Source: Squalus acanthias (taxonomy: Eukaryota). From it: a stretch of DNA of 64,000 bases. The position numbers and the translations under genes were made by a program. The stretch is taken from assembly GCA_030390025.1 (NCBI GenBank), contig CM059432.1, positions 133,364,001 through 133,428,000 of the forward strand, read 5' to 3'. The notes under the pieces are model-generated. The model did no database searches and was not told where the DNA came from. It was given only the letters and a program-made list of their open reading frames with translations. The first letter of the stretch is position 1; each line of letters begins with the position of its first letter. Shown here piece after piece: positions 1-11,085 of the stretch.

Positions 1-99
1 CCACTGGATTCGCCTCGCCCTGGTGATTATGCTCCTGCGCCCTGTTACCGCCATCTGCTGGTGATAACGGGAGGTGCTAAGGAGCCAAATTTTTCCCCC
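1..99. mobile_element. Terminal end of a PIF/Harbinger element (truncated by the window start)
   Basis: TAACGGGAGGTGCTAAGGAGCCAAATTTTTCCCCC closely matches the right termini of the Harbingers ending at 11597 and 63960 (TAACGGGAGGCGCAA...AATTT...CCC). Confidence 0.75.
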
Positions 100-397
100 A
101 AAGAATGAGGGAAAGCATTCGAATGTGCAAAATATTTTCATCGGAAAGAAGAGGTAGCGATGGGGTTCATAACCTGAAAATGCTAAAGCACAGGAAAGAA
201 ATGTGAAATGCTATACACTACCAAAAGATTATCCGAGTCAGTTATTTGAAGATGCAACAGAAAGACAAAAGTAAAGAGTCGGACAAGGCTCCAAATGGAT
301 TTTGTCTGAACAGTGAGTGTCGATGACACTATTCCTGGAACTGGATTGGCGAGTTACTCAGCCCAATGGTGCAAACGGGGCCATTAATCTTTACCCT

Positions 398-617
398 TAA
401 AGTAGAATGTGGAACTCGCTGCCACAAGGAGTAGTTGAAGCGAATAGCATAGATACATTTAAGGGGAAGTTAGAAAAGTACACGAGGGAGAAATGAATAG
501 AAGGATATGCTGAAAGGGTTAAATGAAGTAGGGTGGGAGGAGGCTCGTGTGGAGCATAAACACCAGCATAAACCAGTTGGGCCAAGTGGCCTGTATCTGT
601 GCTGTACATTCTATGTA
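398..617 (+). mobile_element. CR1 LINE 3' end fragment
   Basis: AGAATGTGGAACTCGCTGCCACAAGGAGTAGTTGAAGCGAATAGCATAGAT is the CR1 ORF2 C-terminus (RMWNSLPQGVV). It is followed by a 3'UTR shared with the copy at 12.9-13.2 kb. Confidence 0.85.
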
Positions 618-1540
618 ATTACCTGTAATGAAGGATGGTTCAGTAATCTTTGTTATTTTGACCGTATTTATCTTAATTCACCTCCCTCACGACGACTCTT
701 CCAAGCCAGTTTCATCTGATTACTGGTTAAAATTTTGAGTGCGATTCCCCTCAACACTGGGAGAGTGCTTTTATCTGCAACATTAAATTACCTTTTAGAT
801 ATTGACTGTTCATTTTCAGCAGTTTCTGTTTTATTTAAAGATCTCCTGCATTCAAATGTTCATTTCACCTTCATGGAGGGGGAGTATGGGGAAAAAAATG
901 TCATCTTTTAATAGAAAACAGAAGACCATCTGGTTTCTCCACTAATCATTAATAAAACACATTCTCAGGAATGACTTGATTCGTAACCACGTGTTACGTA
1001 ACTTCATTAGCATGTCATTAATTATGGAGGAAAAATGGACATTCTAGTGCGTTTTGTTGAGAGGAACTTCAGTCCCTGATGGTCTAGTGTATGTTATTAG
1101 AAGGAACAACTTTTTATAGACTTGGTGATCTGGATACTCTTGCTATCACTTATTCATCCCTCTGTTTTCAGCCAATGAATACACGTTTTCAACAATTTGC
1201 CTCCCTCTAGGTACACATCCTGTAACCCAAGACGCAGTGTGTTAATTCAGTCCACATACTTTGTCATAACGAATTGTTGTACTGTCTGAAATTGTAACAT
1301 TTGAATTGAGTTTTAATTTTAAAGAAAAGTACATTGACATTTTCCTGAGAGGAGTGGGACATTTCGATCAGATTTGTCGAGGATGTTTGATTTATGGTCA
1401 CTTCCACATTATGCACCGTCTCAGCATTCAGAAATAGTATCAAGTCTCTTTGGATAAAATTCCATCTTGGTATCCTCAAAATCACGCTGCCAGTTATCAT
1501 TTTCACAACAAATGTCGACTTCCTCTTTCCTGCTCATCAA

Positions 1541-1757
1541 GCGGAGATGCCGGTGTTGGACTGGGGTGGACAAAAGTGAGAAGTCGCACAACACCAGGTT
1601 ATAGTCCCAACAGTTTTATTTGAAATCACAAGCTTTCGGAGCTGCTGCCCCTTCGTCATTCCTTTACTTCACCTGACAAAGGGGCAGCAGCTCCGAAAGC
1701 TTGTGATTTCAAATAAAACTGTTGGACTATAACCTGGTGTTGTGCGACTTCTCACTT
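1541..1757 (-). mobile_element. Penelope-like element, short fold-back (inverted pLTR) insertion
   Basis: Inverted arms of about 85 bp (~1574-1658 and ~1674-1757) plus an unpaired tail GCGGAGATGCCGG...GGACAA. TSD CTGCTCATCAA at 1530-1540 and 1758-1768. Same family as the copies at 14706 and 55910. Confidence 0.85.
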
Positions 1758-2176
1758 CTGCTCATCAAGGTGAGAGATGCCAGTGATGGAGAATGGAAGA
1801 CTGGCCTCGATTTTAAAGGGGGAGGCGGGAACAGAGAGCGTGCGATCCCTGAAGTGGGTGGTGCACCAGGAAAGTCCGGGAGTGTGGAGACCCAGTCGGG
1901 CCTCGTTTACATAAATCCTCCCAGAGACCCGCCCGAATCCGGCCAGATCTATCACCGGGCCAGTGGGCAGGAGCAGGAGTTCGGCGACAGGAGGCCACAG
2001 CCGGAGACCCGTGGGGATTTTTATCCTCCCGTCTCCACAGGATTGGGGCTGGACGTCCTAAGTCAATGATTATTATGTATTCGTGGCAGACTGCCAGTGG
2101 AATTCTCACCAGCAAGCGGGAGCCTGCCATCAGTCCCAGGTAAATGAAGGAAGTCCTGCAACAGCAGAAGAGAAGA

Positions 2177-2609
2177 AAGAACTTGCATTTATACGGCGTC
2201 TTTACTGATCTCAGGATGTCCCAAATCACTTCACAGTCAATGAAGCACATTTGAAGCGTCGTCATTGATGCATTTTAGGAAATGTGGCAGCCAATTTGCA
2301 TATACCAAGGTCCTACAAACAGCGATGAGATAAATGACCAGATAATCTGTTTAGTGATATTGCTTAAGGGATAAATGTTGGCCAGGACTCCAGGGGAACT
2401 CCCCTGCTCTTCTTTGAATAGTGTCATGTGATCTTTATCGTCCACCTGAGAGAAGAGATAGCACCTCAGTTTCACATCTCATCTGAAAGACGGCACCTCC
2501 AACCATGCAGCACCCCCTCAATACCGCACTGGAGTGTCAGTCTAGATTATGTGCTCAAGTCTCTGGCGTGGGGCTTGAATCACAGGCTTCTGACTCAGAG
2601 GCAAGAGGT
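2177..2609 (-). mobile_element. tRNA-derived Deu-domain SINE (SacSINE1-like)
   Basis: Reverse complement of the SINE at 24636-25110, with the same Deu core and TATAAATGCAAGT tail. Confidence 0.85.
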
Positions 2610-2845
2610 GGAAGACAGTATTTAAGGGGCGACAGAGCGCCGAAGACTGGACCAGGATGATGACTAAATGCTTCAGCCAAGACCAAGGCCTTCAGCAAGT
2701 AAGCAATAGGAGGGAGAGGAGCTCTCTACAGGACCCTCTACCTCCATTTGCTGCAAGTGGGGCCATTCCCGCTGCTACCCTGGGCTTACTGCCATGGTTC
2801 ACAAGACGGTGCTGAGGAGCAACAATATAGAGGCAGACACGGGGA

Positions 2846-3350
2846 TAAAAACAGGAAATGCTAGAAATATTCAGCAGGTCAGGCAGCATCTGTGAAGAGA
2901 GAAACAGAGTTAACTTTTCAGGTCAATGACCTTTCATTAGAACTGGAAAAAGTTAGAGATGTAACAGGTTTTAAGTAATTACAGAGGCAGGGAAAGGAGT
3001 GGGGGGAGGAAAGAACAAAAGGGAAGGCCTGTGATAGGGTGGAAGGCAGGAGAGATTAAATGACAAAATGGGGTGGTCCTTGGACGATAAAAGAAACAAA
3101 AGATGGGTCTGGAGGAGCTGAAAATAACAAAAGCAGATCCATTACCAGCAACTGCTGTCTGAAAAAATGGGAGCAGTGATTATGATCTGAAATTGTTGAA
3201 CTCGACGTTGAGTCCGGAAGGCTGTAAAGTGCCTAATCAAAAGATGAGGTGCCATTCCTTGAGCTTCCGTTAAGCTTCATTAGAACAGTGTAGGAGGCCG
3301 AGGACAGAGAGGTCAGAGTGGGAGTGGAGCGGAGAACTAAAGTGACAGGC
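2846..3350 (-). mobile_element. Penelope-like element 3' fragment (family B) with degenerate GIY-YIG C-terminus
   Basis: Minus strand reads HSHSDLSVLGLLHCSNEA*RKLKEWHLIF*LGTLQPSGLNVEFNNF. The 3'UTR has a decayed hammerhead motif and is shared with the copies at 21.2 kb and 37.5 kb. Confidence 0.8.
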
Positions 3351-3369
3351 AGGCACAGGGAAATGGGCT

Positions 3370-3765
3370 GGGAACCTGGACCTCCAATTTGTTCAAGCAC
3401 CCCTGCTTTCAGCCTTTTTCCCACCTGAAGGGAAACTCTTCTCTGCCGTAGCTCACATAATAACATCTCCAACTCAGTGCCGGAAAACTTACCAACTCTT
3501 TTCTTCCTCTCAAGTGCTGGTGCCGTCACCATTTACTGTTTCAGACCCTTACATGCTCTTTTTGAATCAAGACACACTGAATCTTGCTCTGCGTTTCCCC
3601 TTCCCAGGGCTTTCTAGGCTTCCAAAGGTATTTCAAGCCTCTGGTTGCCCTTTGCCCCGGCCAGCAATACCCCAGATGGCGTCAGCATCTAGTCAATATG
3701 ACATATAGAAGTCCCACCCTGCTACACTTCCGATGGCAACTGGCAGGACTTGGAATTTCTGGCCC
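3370..3765 (-). mobile_element. Degenerate Harbinger end with Myb/SANT N-terminal remnant
   Basis: Minus-strand RKKRVGKFSGTELEMLLCELRQRRVSL resembles the Harbinger Myb N-termini in this window. TIR-like GGAATTTCTGGCCC ends at 3765. Confidence 0.55.
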
Positions 3766-4371
3766 TCAGTCTTCGAAAATGTCACCTTCTGGTAGAAGGA
3801 TAACGGGAATTTAAAAACGGAATAGGGCCCATTTTGGAAATGTAAACCCTCAGCTTTTTGTATAAGAATATACGAAGAAAATGTGAATGGGTCATTCACC
3901 CCATCCAGTTCATACTACTGTTCAGATCAGCTCCTAACCTCTCGCTTTAGTGCCAAGTCTGTATTCTTTTTTATTCTGTTAAAGTAGCAATCGATCCAGT
4001 CCTTTTTGAAAGCATTGATTAAGTTAATAATCACTATCCTTCGTGTGTTCTGTATGTGCCTGACAATAACTGCAAAGCTCTTTCTTAGGTTAGCTTATAA
4101 TCGCCACATCCCCTCACAACTTTCTCCTGAAACTTCACAAGGAACTCCACCACGTCCAATCGCTAATTCCCATCATAATTAGAAACATTTTAATCATGTC
4201 TTCACCTTGTCAGTCTTCTTTATTCGAATGGAAACCAGTTGAGTTGCTTGAGACATTCCTCATAGCTCTGGACTCCATCCTTGTTGCTCTCCTTTTAACT
4301 TTTCCCAATGCCCCTATCAACACGATTAGTGATCAGTATTAAGATGGTGCCAACCAATGATTTGATCAGTT

Positions 4372-4535
4372 GGAATTTCCATGGGGGTTCTCCCAATCTC
4401 CTGTCATAACTTTGGCGGAAGATTGGCTGAAACCCCCGGAGAAACCCATTGACGCCATTCCTCTCGGGGTTCTGCTGATCTTCCGCCAGAGTTTTAACCA
4501 GTGATTGGGAGAACTCCTGCAGAATTTCTACCCCG
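4372..4535. mobile_element. Small palindromic MITE-like element (related partial copy at ~4670-4746)
   Basis: Imperfect fold-back (GTTCTCCCAATC...GGCGGAAGAT / ATCTTCCGCC...GATTGGGAGAAC) ending in the Harbinger-like terminus GAATTTCTACCCC. Confidence 0.55.
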
Positions 4536-5029
4536 GCATTTTATCGTTTTCTCCTATACTTTTGTCCAAATGTGGACCTATCTGGATTGTCTGGTTGCAT
4601 TTATATAGCGCCTTTGGTGTAGGAAAACATCCCAAGGTGCTTCACCATAAACAAACCATTATTGACGCCATTTCCCCGTGGTTTCCACCAATCTCCTGCT
4701 GAAGTTACGACGGGAGATTAAGAGAACCCTCGTGGAAATTCTGCCCACATGTACATTGTTCCGCTGGAAAAGTATCACCAGAACATTGGAAAGTGTTATG
4801 AAATAGCCTCATGTAAGTGTCCCAATTAGGTGGCAGACCAGGTAGGTCGAAAGCCACCAGGTACATGCTCCACCACTGGCCACAAAAGCTTTGAAGCTAT
4901 CCCCCATTCCCATGGGACGGCAGTTTTCAAAATAAATGCCTACAATTTCCGCGGGGGTTACGCCCAATCTAATGTCGTAATGTCAGTGGGGCATTAGGTC
5001 TTTCTGTGCTTAGAGCACTGGATTCTTCG

Positions 5030-5481
5030 TTGTCAGCCGTGGCTCAGTGGTAGCACTATTGCCGCTGAGCCAGAAGGTCATGGGTTCAAAGTTCCACTCC
5101 AGTGCTAGTACTGAGGGAGAGCCAGCTTTTGTCTGATATCTTTTTAATTGATCTAACTGCTGGTTCCGAGATGCTCTGGAAGTTATTTAACTGTGAAAAC
5201 CTACCTCGTTTCTGTACGTGCTCAACAGAAGGAGGTGCCGTCTTTCAGATGAGCCGTTAAACCGATGTCCCGCCAGCCCTCTCAGGTAGATGTAAAAGAT
5301 CCCACGGCACTATTTCGAAGAACAGCAGGGGAGTTCTCCCTGGTGTGCTGGCCAATATTTATCCCTCAACCAACATCACTAAAATAAAACAGATTATCTG
5401 GTCATTATCACATTGCTGTTTATGGGATGTTGCTGTGTGCAAATTGGCTGCCGTGTTTTCTACATTACAACAATGACTACA
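5030..5481 (+). mobile_element. tRNA-derived Deu-domain SINE with internal foreign insert
   Basis: tRNA-like head (GTGGCTCAGTGGTAGC...GGTTCAAA) and Deu core. 5122-5230 is non-SINE sequence (see findings). Confidence 0.85.
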
Positions 5482-5485
5482 TTCA

Positions 5486-5487
5486 TT

Positions 5488-5583
<96 letters not shown>

Positions 5584-5586
5584 TCG
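5486..5586 (+). repeat. (TTTC)n microsatellite, about 25 units
   Basis: Pure TTTC tandem array at the 3' end of the SINE. Confidence 0.97.
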
Positions 5587-6788
5587 AGCATTACATCCTT
5601 CTCTGTTTAGGCACCATGATAACAGAAAGGAAATAATGATATTTCATGTGAGAAGATGGGCATAGACCTTCTTCAGTGGGGCAGTTCTATATTTTTTGAT
5701 ACAGGAAAATTGACCTCCATTCTCACAGATGTCTGAACTGGCAAAAGTTCTGATATTTCCAAGTTGGCCCAAAAAGGAAGTGATCTGGGGACACGTCAGG
5801 TTAAAAATTCAGTTCAGTACTCATGTCTAAACTTTGTGTAGCGAACAATAACGTCTTTCTCATTGAATATCATTACAACAACAGAAAATAACCGTTTTTC
5901 TGTTGAGCAAGTACAGAAACTGGGAAGGTTTTCACAGTTAAATAACTGCCAGAGCATCTCAGAACCAGCAGTTAGATCAATTAAAAAGATATCACACAAA
6001 AACTGGATCGCAGTATGACATTCAATCTTCCAGCGACTGATAAATTTGATATATTCAGCCAAGATTTACTGATGCAATCTGTAAGAGCTACTTCAACAGA
6101 TCCCTTATCAGATAGTTATACTTTAACACGATGCTGAAAAATATTACTGTTTTATTGAGTGTAGCCAATCTGTGGTGTGCTAACAATGAAAATGGAATTT
6201 ATCGACTACTTCAGTCTATTTATGCTTCACATTGGTAATGCCCATATATACAGCTGGTTTGCTGTATTGGAGATATCAATAGGCAATGAACTACACACTT
6301 GATATTTTATTGTGTTTTCAAAGCACAGTATCCCAAAGTGCTTAAACTGCACCAAATGTTCCCAGGAAATGAGGGGAATCAAGGACATTTTACAATAGCA
6401 CAAAGAGTTGGACTCATTGCAAAAACATCACAAAGAAATACTTGTGATTATAAAGCACTCAGAACCCTATTGACCTTTTTAATTCACAAAACAATACCTC
6501 TTTTGAACATAAACATAAAATGTGTTGCCAACATATGATTCCAAGGCTCAAAATACATAATTATTCTGAAACTACAGTTCCTCAGAAGAGGTCGCATTTA
6601 CAATTTGGATGTGTAGGAGATGTCGAAATTAGTAATTTCCAAATCCAGAAAGCTCTTATTTAGGCAATGTTTTAAATATTTGGGGAAAAAAAATCTCAGC
6701 ACTGACCCAAATCAGTACAATTCAGAATGAGATTTGCCTGTTCTGGTTTAAAAATGGCGGCACTCTGAATTTTACTGAAATGTTCCTC

Positions 6789-7200
6789 CCAAAGCGCTTT
6801 ACAGCCAATGAAGTACTTTTGAAGTGTAGTCACCATTGTAACGTAGGAAATGCAGCAACCAATTTGCGCACAGCAAGGTCCCACAAACAGCAATGTGATA
6901 ATGACCAGATAATCTGTTTTTTAGTGATGTTGGTTTAGGGATAAATATTGGCCAGGACACCAGGAAGAACTCCCCATCTCTTCTTTGAAATAGTGCCATG
7001 GCATCTTTTACAGCCACCTGAGAGGGCAGACAGGGCCTCAGTTTAACACCTTGTTCGAAAGATGGCAGCTCTGACAGTGCAGCACTCCCTCAGTACTGCA
7101 CTGGAGTGTCAGCCTAGATTTTGTACTCCAGTCTCTGGAGTGAGGCTTGAACCCACAACCTTCTGACTCAGAGGTGAGAGGGCTACCAGCTGAGCTGACA
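6789..7200 (-). mobile_element. tRNA-derived Deu-domain SINE
   Basis: Near full-length reverse complement of the 24636 SINE. Confidence 0.88.
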
Positions 7201-7803
7201 TCTAAACATGCATAGTACCCACTTAGGAAGAAAATGTAAAAAAAGTTGAAAATAGCATTTGAAAGGTATGGGGAAAAGGCAGGGAAATGGGACAGAGCTC
7301 TTTCTGCAAATCAATGTAGGTACAATGAGCCAATTGGCCTTGCTCAATGCTGTAAAATTCGATGATTCTATTCTGTGACCAATGGTACAGGCAGTAAGTG
7401 ATTACCAGACAGCATATCATAGTTTATTCCAATATAGTATATGGGGGAGAAATTCAGTATCGCCCCATTTGGGGCGCAATTATCGGCCGGGCGCAAAGAT
7501 TGGCGCCTGGCACTAATTATCACCTCCGACTGCAAACTTGACTTTTATCGCCCCTGGAGGTGATTGGAGTGCTAAATTAGGCGCTACACACCTGTCTTAA
7601 GGCGCAAAGGCCGAGGAGCGAGGCGCTAACTCAGAGCGCGGGCGCAGTGCAGGTGCTGTCAGTTAGCGATGGAACACAGACACACTGGCGCTGGACAGTT
7701 CTTAAAGGGGAGGGTCGATCTTGCACTCCAGCCACACCCTGCTCATTGGAGCCTTGAATCTTGGCCTGGAGAGACCTGTGCCTAAATCTTCCAGCCAAGG
7801 ACT

Positions 7804-9622
7804 ATGGAGAGGGTGAGAGAACGAGCTCAGCACTTCAGCGAGCGGGCCTTGGATGCTCTGGTTGGTGCGGTGGAGCGCAGAAGATCTATACTCTTCCCTG
7901 AGAGTGGCAGGAGGCCTTTGCCGCGCGAGTACAGAAGAGTGTGGAGGGAGGTGGCTCAGAGCGTCTCCTCCAGGAGCATGGTGCCCAGGACCCATATACA
8001 ATGTCAAAAAAAGTTCAACGACCTCACTTGGATCGTCAGGGTGAGTGGCTTTTTTTCAATACCTCTCCATCCCTCCATCTCAACCTCACTCTATGGCCAG
8101 AGGGTCTTAAAACCCCAATGCACAACACTCATCCAACACCTATGGCCCTCTCATGAAACACACACGCACATTCCACACTTTGCATACAGTAAGGGCTATT
8201 CACCTATGGGAGGCACATCAGGCAAGACCATGGCTGCATACAGTAAGGGCTATTCACCTATGGGAGGCACATCAGGCAAGACCATGGCTGTATATTTACT
8301 CAGACGCCGTCCTTTTTCTTGCAGGCCAAGCTATCTCATAATAGGAGACAGCAGCAACGGACGGGTGGAGGGCTGCCTCAGCTGCAACCCCTCAGCGATC
8401 TTGAGGCGTGCGTCCAGAGGATTGTGGCAAGCCGGGTGATCGGTCCCATCGCCACTGGAGACGCCGACCCCGTTCTGGACAGCAATGGTAAGGTCATCAC
8501 CTTTTTGTCCTGTGTCCTTCCACTTGTCCCTCACAACACCAGCCTTTGACACTTTCAATCCAACTTACTAAATCGCTGTACTCATTCCTCCCTTACTGCC
8601 CCCCTGTCCTCACGCTAAAGCCACTCTTGTACCTCCCTGCTTTCAGATGGTGATTCACCAGCTGAGGAGACGGGCCTTCAAGCTGCCAGTGGGAGTGAAG
8701 CTGCAGTCGAGGAGGAAGATGAAGGCGGAGCATCAGCGCCACCCTCTCCCGAGGAAGCCCATGCCCACACTGGGAACACGCCTTCCCTGGAGGGGAGCAG
8801 GGGGGAAGGGTCTGATGAGGGTGAAGCTCCAGGACCCAGCGGGCTGCAGCAACGCGATGGGGGTAGGGAAGCTCGGGGGCCTTCTCCCCGACCGAGAGTA
8901 GGCCAGCGAGTCCTGCTGCACTGGACGCAGAGGAGGAGCGGCTCATCGCTGAAATGAACACCCAGACGGTGGACATGCACACTGAGCTCATGGGTGCAGT
9001 GGGAAGGGGGCCCGAATGCATTGAATCACTGGCAAGGAGTGTCGAGCACTTCGCTGTAGCACAGGCGGATGCCACGCAAATGTTTAGTGCTGCAATTCAG
9101 TCACTGGCTGCCATGACCCCATCTCAGACTGCTCTCATGCAGACTCAGATTGAGGCCATGCGAGCACTGACTGCTGCCATCCTCGATGGTTTGTACACAT
9201 TTCCCCGGGGCTCTCACCGCGCCGCAGCAGGCCAGCAATCTATGCTCCAGCAGATTGCTCCGGATGCTGAAGTGCTGCCCCGTGGGAGTGCCAGTGTGTC
9301 GGTCGAGCAGGGAGTTGCTGTCCTCTCTCAAGATGACAGCATTCCTGCTGCCACCACTGTCACTTCTCCACTGCACTTGCCACCGCCTGTAGGACAGACT
9401 GCTGCCACCCATGCAGAGTTGGTGCAGTCTGCAGCCGGGCCCTCCAGGCCCAGAGCTGGTCGAGGCTGTCCTTCAAGGGCATCTGCAGTCTCAGGTTCTG
9501 ACAATCAGCAGCCTTCCACCAGCCTTGCTGCAGCCACTGGGGTCCCATTACGGAGGAGCAGTAGGGTGGGAAGGGGGGAAGTGCGCAAGGGAAGGAGATC
9601 ACCCTCGAAGGGCAAAAAGTAG
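7804..9622 (+). pseudogene. Harbinger Myb/SANT-like DNA-binding protein, 3 exons (7804-8040, 8325-8487, 8647-9622), one frameshift near 8890-8897
   Basis: Trihelix/Myb motif RAQHFSERALDALV...W.EVA..V...RT..QC.KKFNDL and canonical GT-AG introns. Exon 3 needs a one-base frameshift to join ORF 8954-9622. Confidence 0.85.
8181..8288 (+). repeat. 54-bp perfect tandem duplication in Myb intron 1
   Basis: TGCATACAGTAAGGGCTATTCACCTATGGGAGGCACATCAGGCAAGACCATGGC occurs twice in tandem. Confidence 0.95.
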
Positions 9623-9921
9623 GAGGTGTGACAAAATGTTGGTCATTTTTTTATTAAAGGCTGAGGTTCGTGTTCAAACTTTTGAACATTATCTCCAGGT
9701 TATGAGAACCAGTTATGTTAATGACTGTGTTTTTGTGTTTCTTTCTATTAGTTTGTCATGAGGAAATGACACACACAGAGTTTGTGAAATAAATAAGTTT
9801 TTGTATTCAAAATGTACATGTTTGGTCTTTGGAATCATTGCTGCCTTGGCCGGCTTAGGGGTTGCGGGTTGGTTTCATTCATGTTGTTCTCAATGGCAGG
9901 AGCCATTTCCTCAGCAGGGGC

Positions 9922-11085
9922 CTAGAAGCGGCTTGCTATCAGCCGTTGACGGACGACCCTTCCAGTTTCTACATTGTGGGCCTCCCTCCCACCTTGGTGC
10001 TGCTGATGATCATCCTCCTCCTCCTCTTTCTCCTCCTCTTTCTCCTCCTCCTCTGGTGGTGCTCCAAGGCCTGGTGGCATTGGCTGGGTCCTGAGGATTG
10101 CCAGGTTATGCAGCATGCAGCACACAACTACGAAGTGGGAAACTCGCTCAGGCGAGTACTGCAGGGCTCCTCCAGAATGGTCCAGACAGCGGAATCGTTG
10201 CTTGAGCACGCCGATTGTGTGCTCAACGATGTTCCTGGTAGCTTGATGGCTCTCGTTGTACCGCAGCTCAGCAGGGGTGTTGGGCATACGGAGCGGTGTC
10301 ATCAGCCAGGTGCTCAGTGGATATCCCTTGTCCCCGAGAAGCCAACCAACTGGCTGATGCGGTGCCTGGAAAAGTTCTGCCACAGTAGTCTGGCGCAGGA
10401 TGAATGCATCGTGGCAGCTGCCAGGATAGTGGGCATTGACAGCGAGTATCAGCTGTCTGTGGTGACAGACCAACTGAACGTTTAAGGAATGGAACCCCTT
10501 TCTGTTCCGGAAATCCTCGACATTCTCATGCGGAGCACGCAAAGCCACATGCGTGCAGTCAATGGCGCCCTGCACCATGGGGAAGCCCGCTATCCTAGCA
10601 AAGCCCATTGCGCGTTCTTGCTGCTTGTCTGGGGTCATGGGGAAAGAGATGTACTCTCGTCTCCTTTTAAAGAGGGCATTTGTGACCTGACGGATGCAGC
10701 AATGCACCACGAACTGGGAGATATTGGCGATGTCCCTAGTAGCTGATTGAAATGAGCCAGTGGCATAAAAGTTCAGAACCACTGTGATCTTCACTGCCAC
10801 CGACAGAGACGTCCTGGACCTCAGTTGAGGCTGCAGATCTGGCTGCAGCAGGTGGCAGAGCTCAGTGACTACCTCCTTGCTGAAGCGCAGCCGTCACAAA
10901 CACTGCTCCTCAGACATATTAATACATGTGAATTGTTGGCGATATACCCTGGGAGGGTAAGGTCTCCTGTACAGAGGCCTGTTGGCCCTCCTCCATCTGG
11001 CCATGATTGCCACTCTCGCTCTGCGTCTCTGTGTCCTCTGATTCTGGTGGCGCAGTACGACGCCCCCAATCAGTGCAGCCCCCGT
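9922..11085 (-). pseudogene. Harbinger (HARBI1-like) DDE transposase; single in-frame TGA at 10894-10896 and probable ATG>ACG start
   Basis: Motifs GAIDCTHV, NRKGFHSLNVQ, PGSCHDA, LLGDKGY, RNIVEHTIGVLKQRFRCL and CCMLHN. ORFs 10894-11154 and 9922-10800 are in the same frame. Confidence 0.92.

Noticed and set aside
1541..1757. CRISPR-like or pre-miRNA hairpin
   Set aside because: There is no repeat-spacer array; the hairpin is explained by an inverted PLE pLTR with a TSD.
5413..5636. ORFs with FFLS repeats resembling membrane proteins
   Set aside because: They are translations of a SINE plus the (TTTC)n microsatellite.
9862..10485. 207-aa plus-strand ORF (and similar ORFs antisense to other Myb and transposase genes)
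   Set aside because: They are antisense shadows of GC-rich transposon coding sequence.
9922..10800. Host HARBI1 gene
   Set aside because: It lies between TIRs and a TSD with a partner Myb gene, carries a nonsense codon and has local paralogs, so it is a transposon copy rather than the domesticated gene.
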